Shown: in pieces, positions 36,046 to 36,344 of the stretch
Layout of the letters: every line of letters begins with the position of its first letter
Numbering within the stretch: the first letter of the stretch is position 1
IMG/VR virus record: IMGVR_UViG_2541047905_000018
Reading direction: 5' to 3' (one strand)
Length of the DNA: 36,344 bases
DNA from: a virus
Lineage: Duplodnaviria; Heunggongvirae; Uroviricota; Caudoviricetes
Notes under the pieces: model-generated
What the model was told of the DNA's origin: nothing
Seen by the model: only the letters and a program-made list of their open reading frames with translations
The model's database searches: none
Translations under genes and position numbers: made by a program

Positions 36046-36344
36046 CGGGAATCCTGGAGACTAAACTTCCTGAGAAAGAGGTAAACAGGATGACTAAAAA
36101 TACTCGTTTTTCCCCCGAAGTCCGTCAACGGGCAGTCCGTATGGTTCTGGAAAGTCAGAGCGAATATGACTCACAATGGGCGACAATTTGTTCCATTGCT
36201 CCAAAGATTGGCTGTACGCCGGAGACTCTGCGTGTCTGGGTTCGCCAGCATGAGCGGGATACCGGGGGCGGTGATGGAGGGCTCACCACCGCTGAACGTC
36301 AGCGTCTGAAAGAGCTGGAACGTGAAAATCGTGAACTGCGCCGC
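36046..36344 (+). mobile_element. IS3-family insertion sequence (IS629/IS1203-like), left end, continues past window
   Basis: Terminal TGAACCGCCCCGGGAATCC followed 44 nt later by the OrfA start. Confidence 0.65.
36090..36344 (+). CDS. IS3-family transposase OrfA (partial, 85 codons to window end)
   Basis: [61 protein letters not shown]...; HTH and leucine-zipper region typical of IS3 OrfA. Confidence 0.8.
   Translation, partial: MTKNTRFSPEVRQRAVRMVLESQSEYDSQWATICSIAPKIGCTPETLRVWVRQHERDTGGGDGGLTTAERQRLKELERENRELRR

Larger units (their letters stand above)
289..36344. mobile_element. Lambdoid prophage (attR-proximal tail end through immunity region and early-left genes; int/xis beyond window)
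   Basis: Contiguous lambda-like tail genes, HK97-like head and packaging genes, lysis cassette, Q, RusA, O-like, cro/cI, all in canonical lambdoid order. Confidence 0.93.

Noticed and set aside
36046-36344. Integrase at the right end of the window
   Set aside because: The only recombinase-related ORF is an IS3-family transposase OrfA; the phage integrase lies outside the window.

Overview
The window is about 36 kb of a mosaic lambdoid prophage, entered from host DNA at the left edge. The first ~290 bp are host: upstream region plus the first 22 codons of a MerR-type regulator gene (mlrA/yehV-like, from memory) cut off at the prophage junction (attR side). Reading left to right the prophage contains: a DinI-like SOS-regulated moron (+ strand); then, all on the - strand, two small ORFs, side tail fibre (stf), lom, J, I, K, L, M (lambda-like, several near-identical to lambda from memory), tape measure, G/G-T chaperones with a -1 frameshift site, major tail protein, four neck/tail-completion genes, HK97-type major capsid protein, prohead protease, portal, large and small terminase; a convergent two-gene cassette (A1/B1); an HNH endonuclease; an Rz/Rz1 - SAR endolysin - unknown ORF - pinholin lysis cassette; three tRNAs (anticodons UCU, UCG, CAU) with no stx genes; a truncated DNA methyltransferase remnant; a QuuD-type Q antiterminator; a nin-like region (DUF968-like, KilA-N, RusA, LexA-DNA-binding-domain-only protein, PerC-like); an O-like replication initiator with internal iterons; Rha-domain, DUF4222-like and YdaT-like genes; cro (-) and cI (+) with CTAAG-type operators; a second diverged copy of the two-gene cassette (B2/A2); and yfdP/yfdQ/yfdR-like early-left genes, the last disrupted by an IS3-family element that runs off the right edge. 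int/xis are outside the window. No CRISPR array, rRNA or Shiga-toxin genes were seen. The strongest candidate for an undescribed system is the duplicated, convergently overlapping A/B gene pair, present once between the lysis/HNH genes and terminase and once next to cI. All family assignments are from reading the translations and recalled motifs; no database search was run. Coordinates of non-CDS motifs were hand-counted and anchored to ORF-track start/stop codons, so may be off by a base or two.
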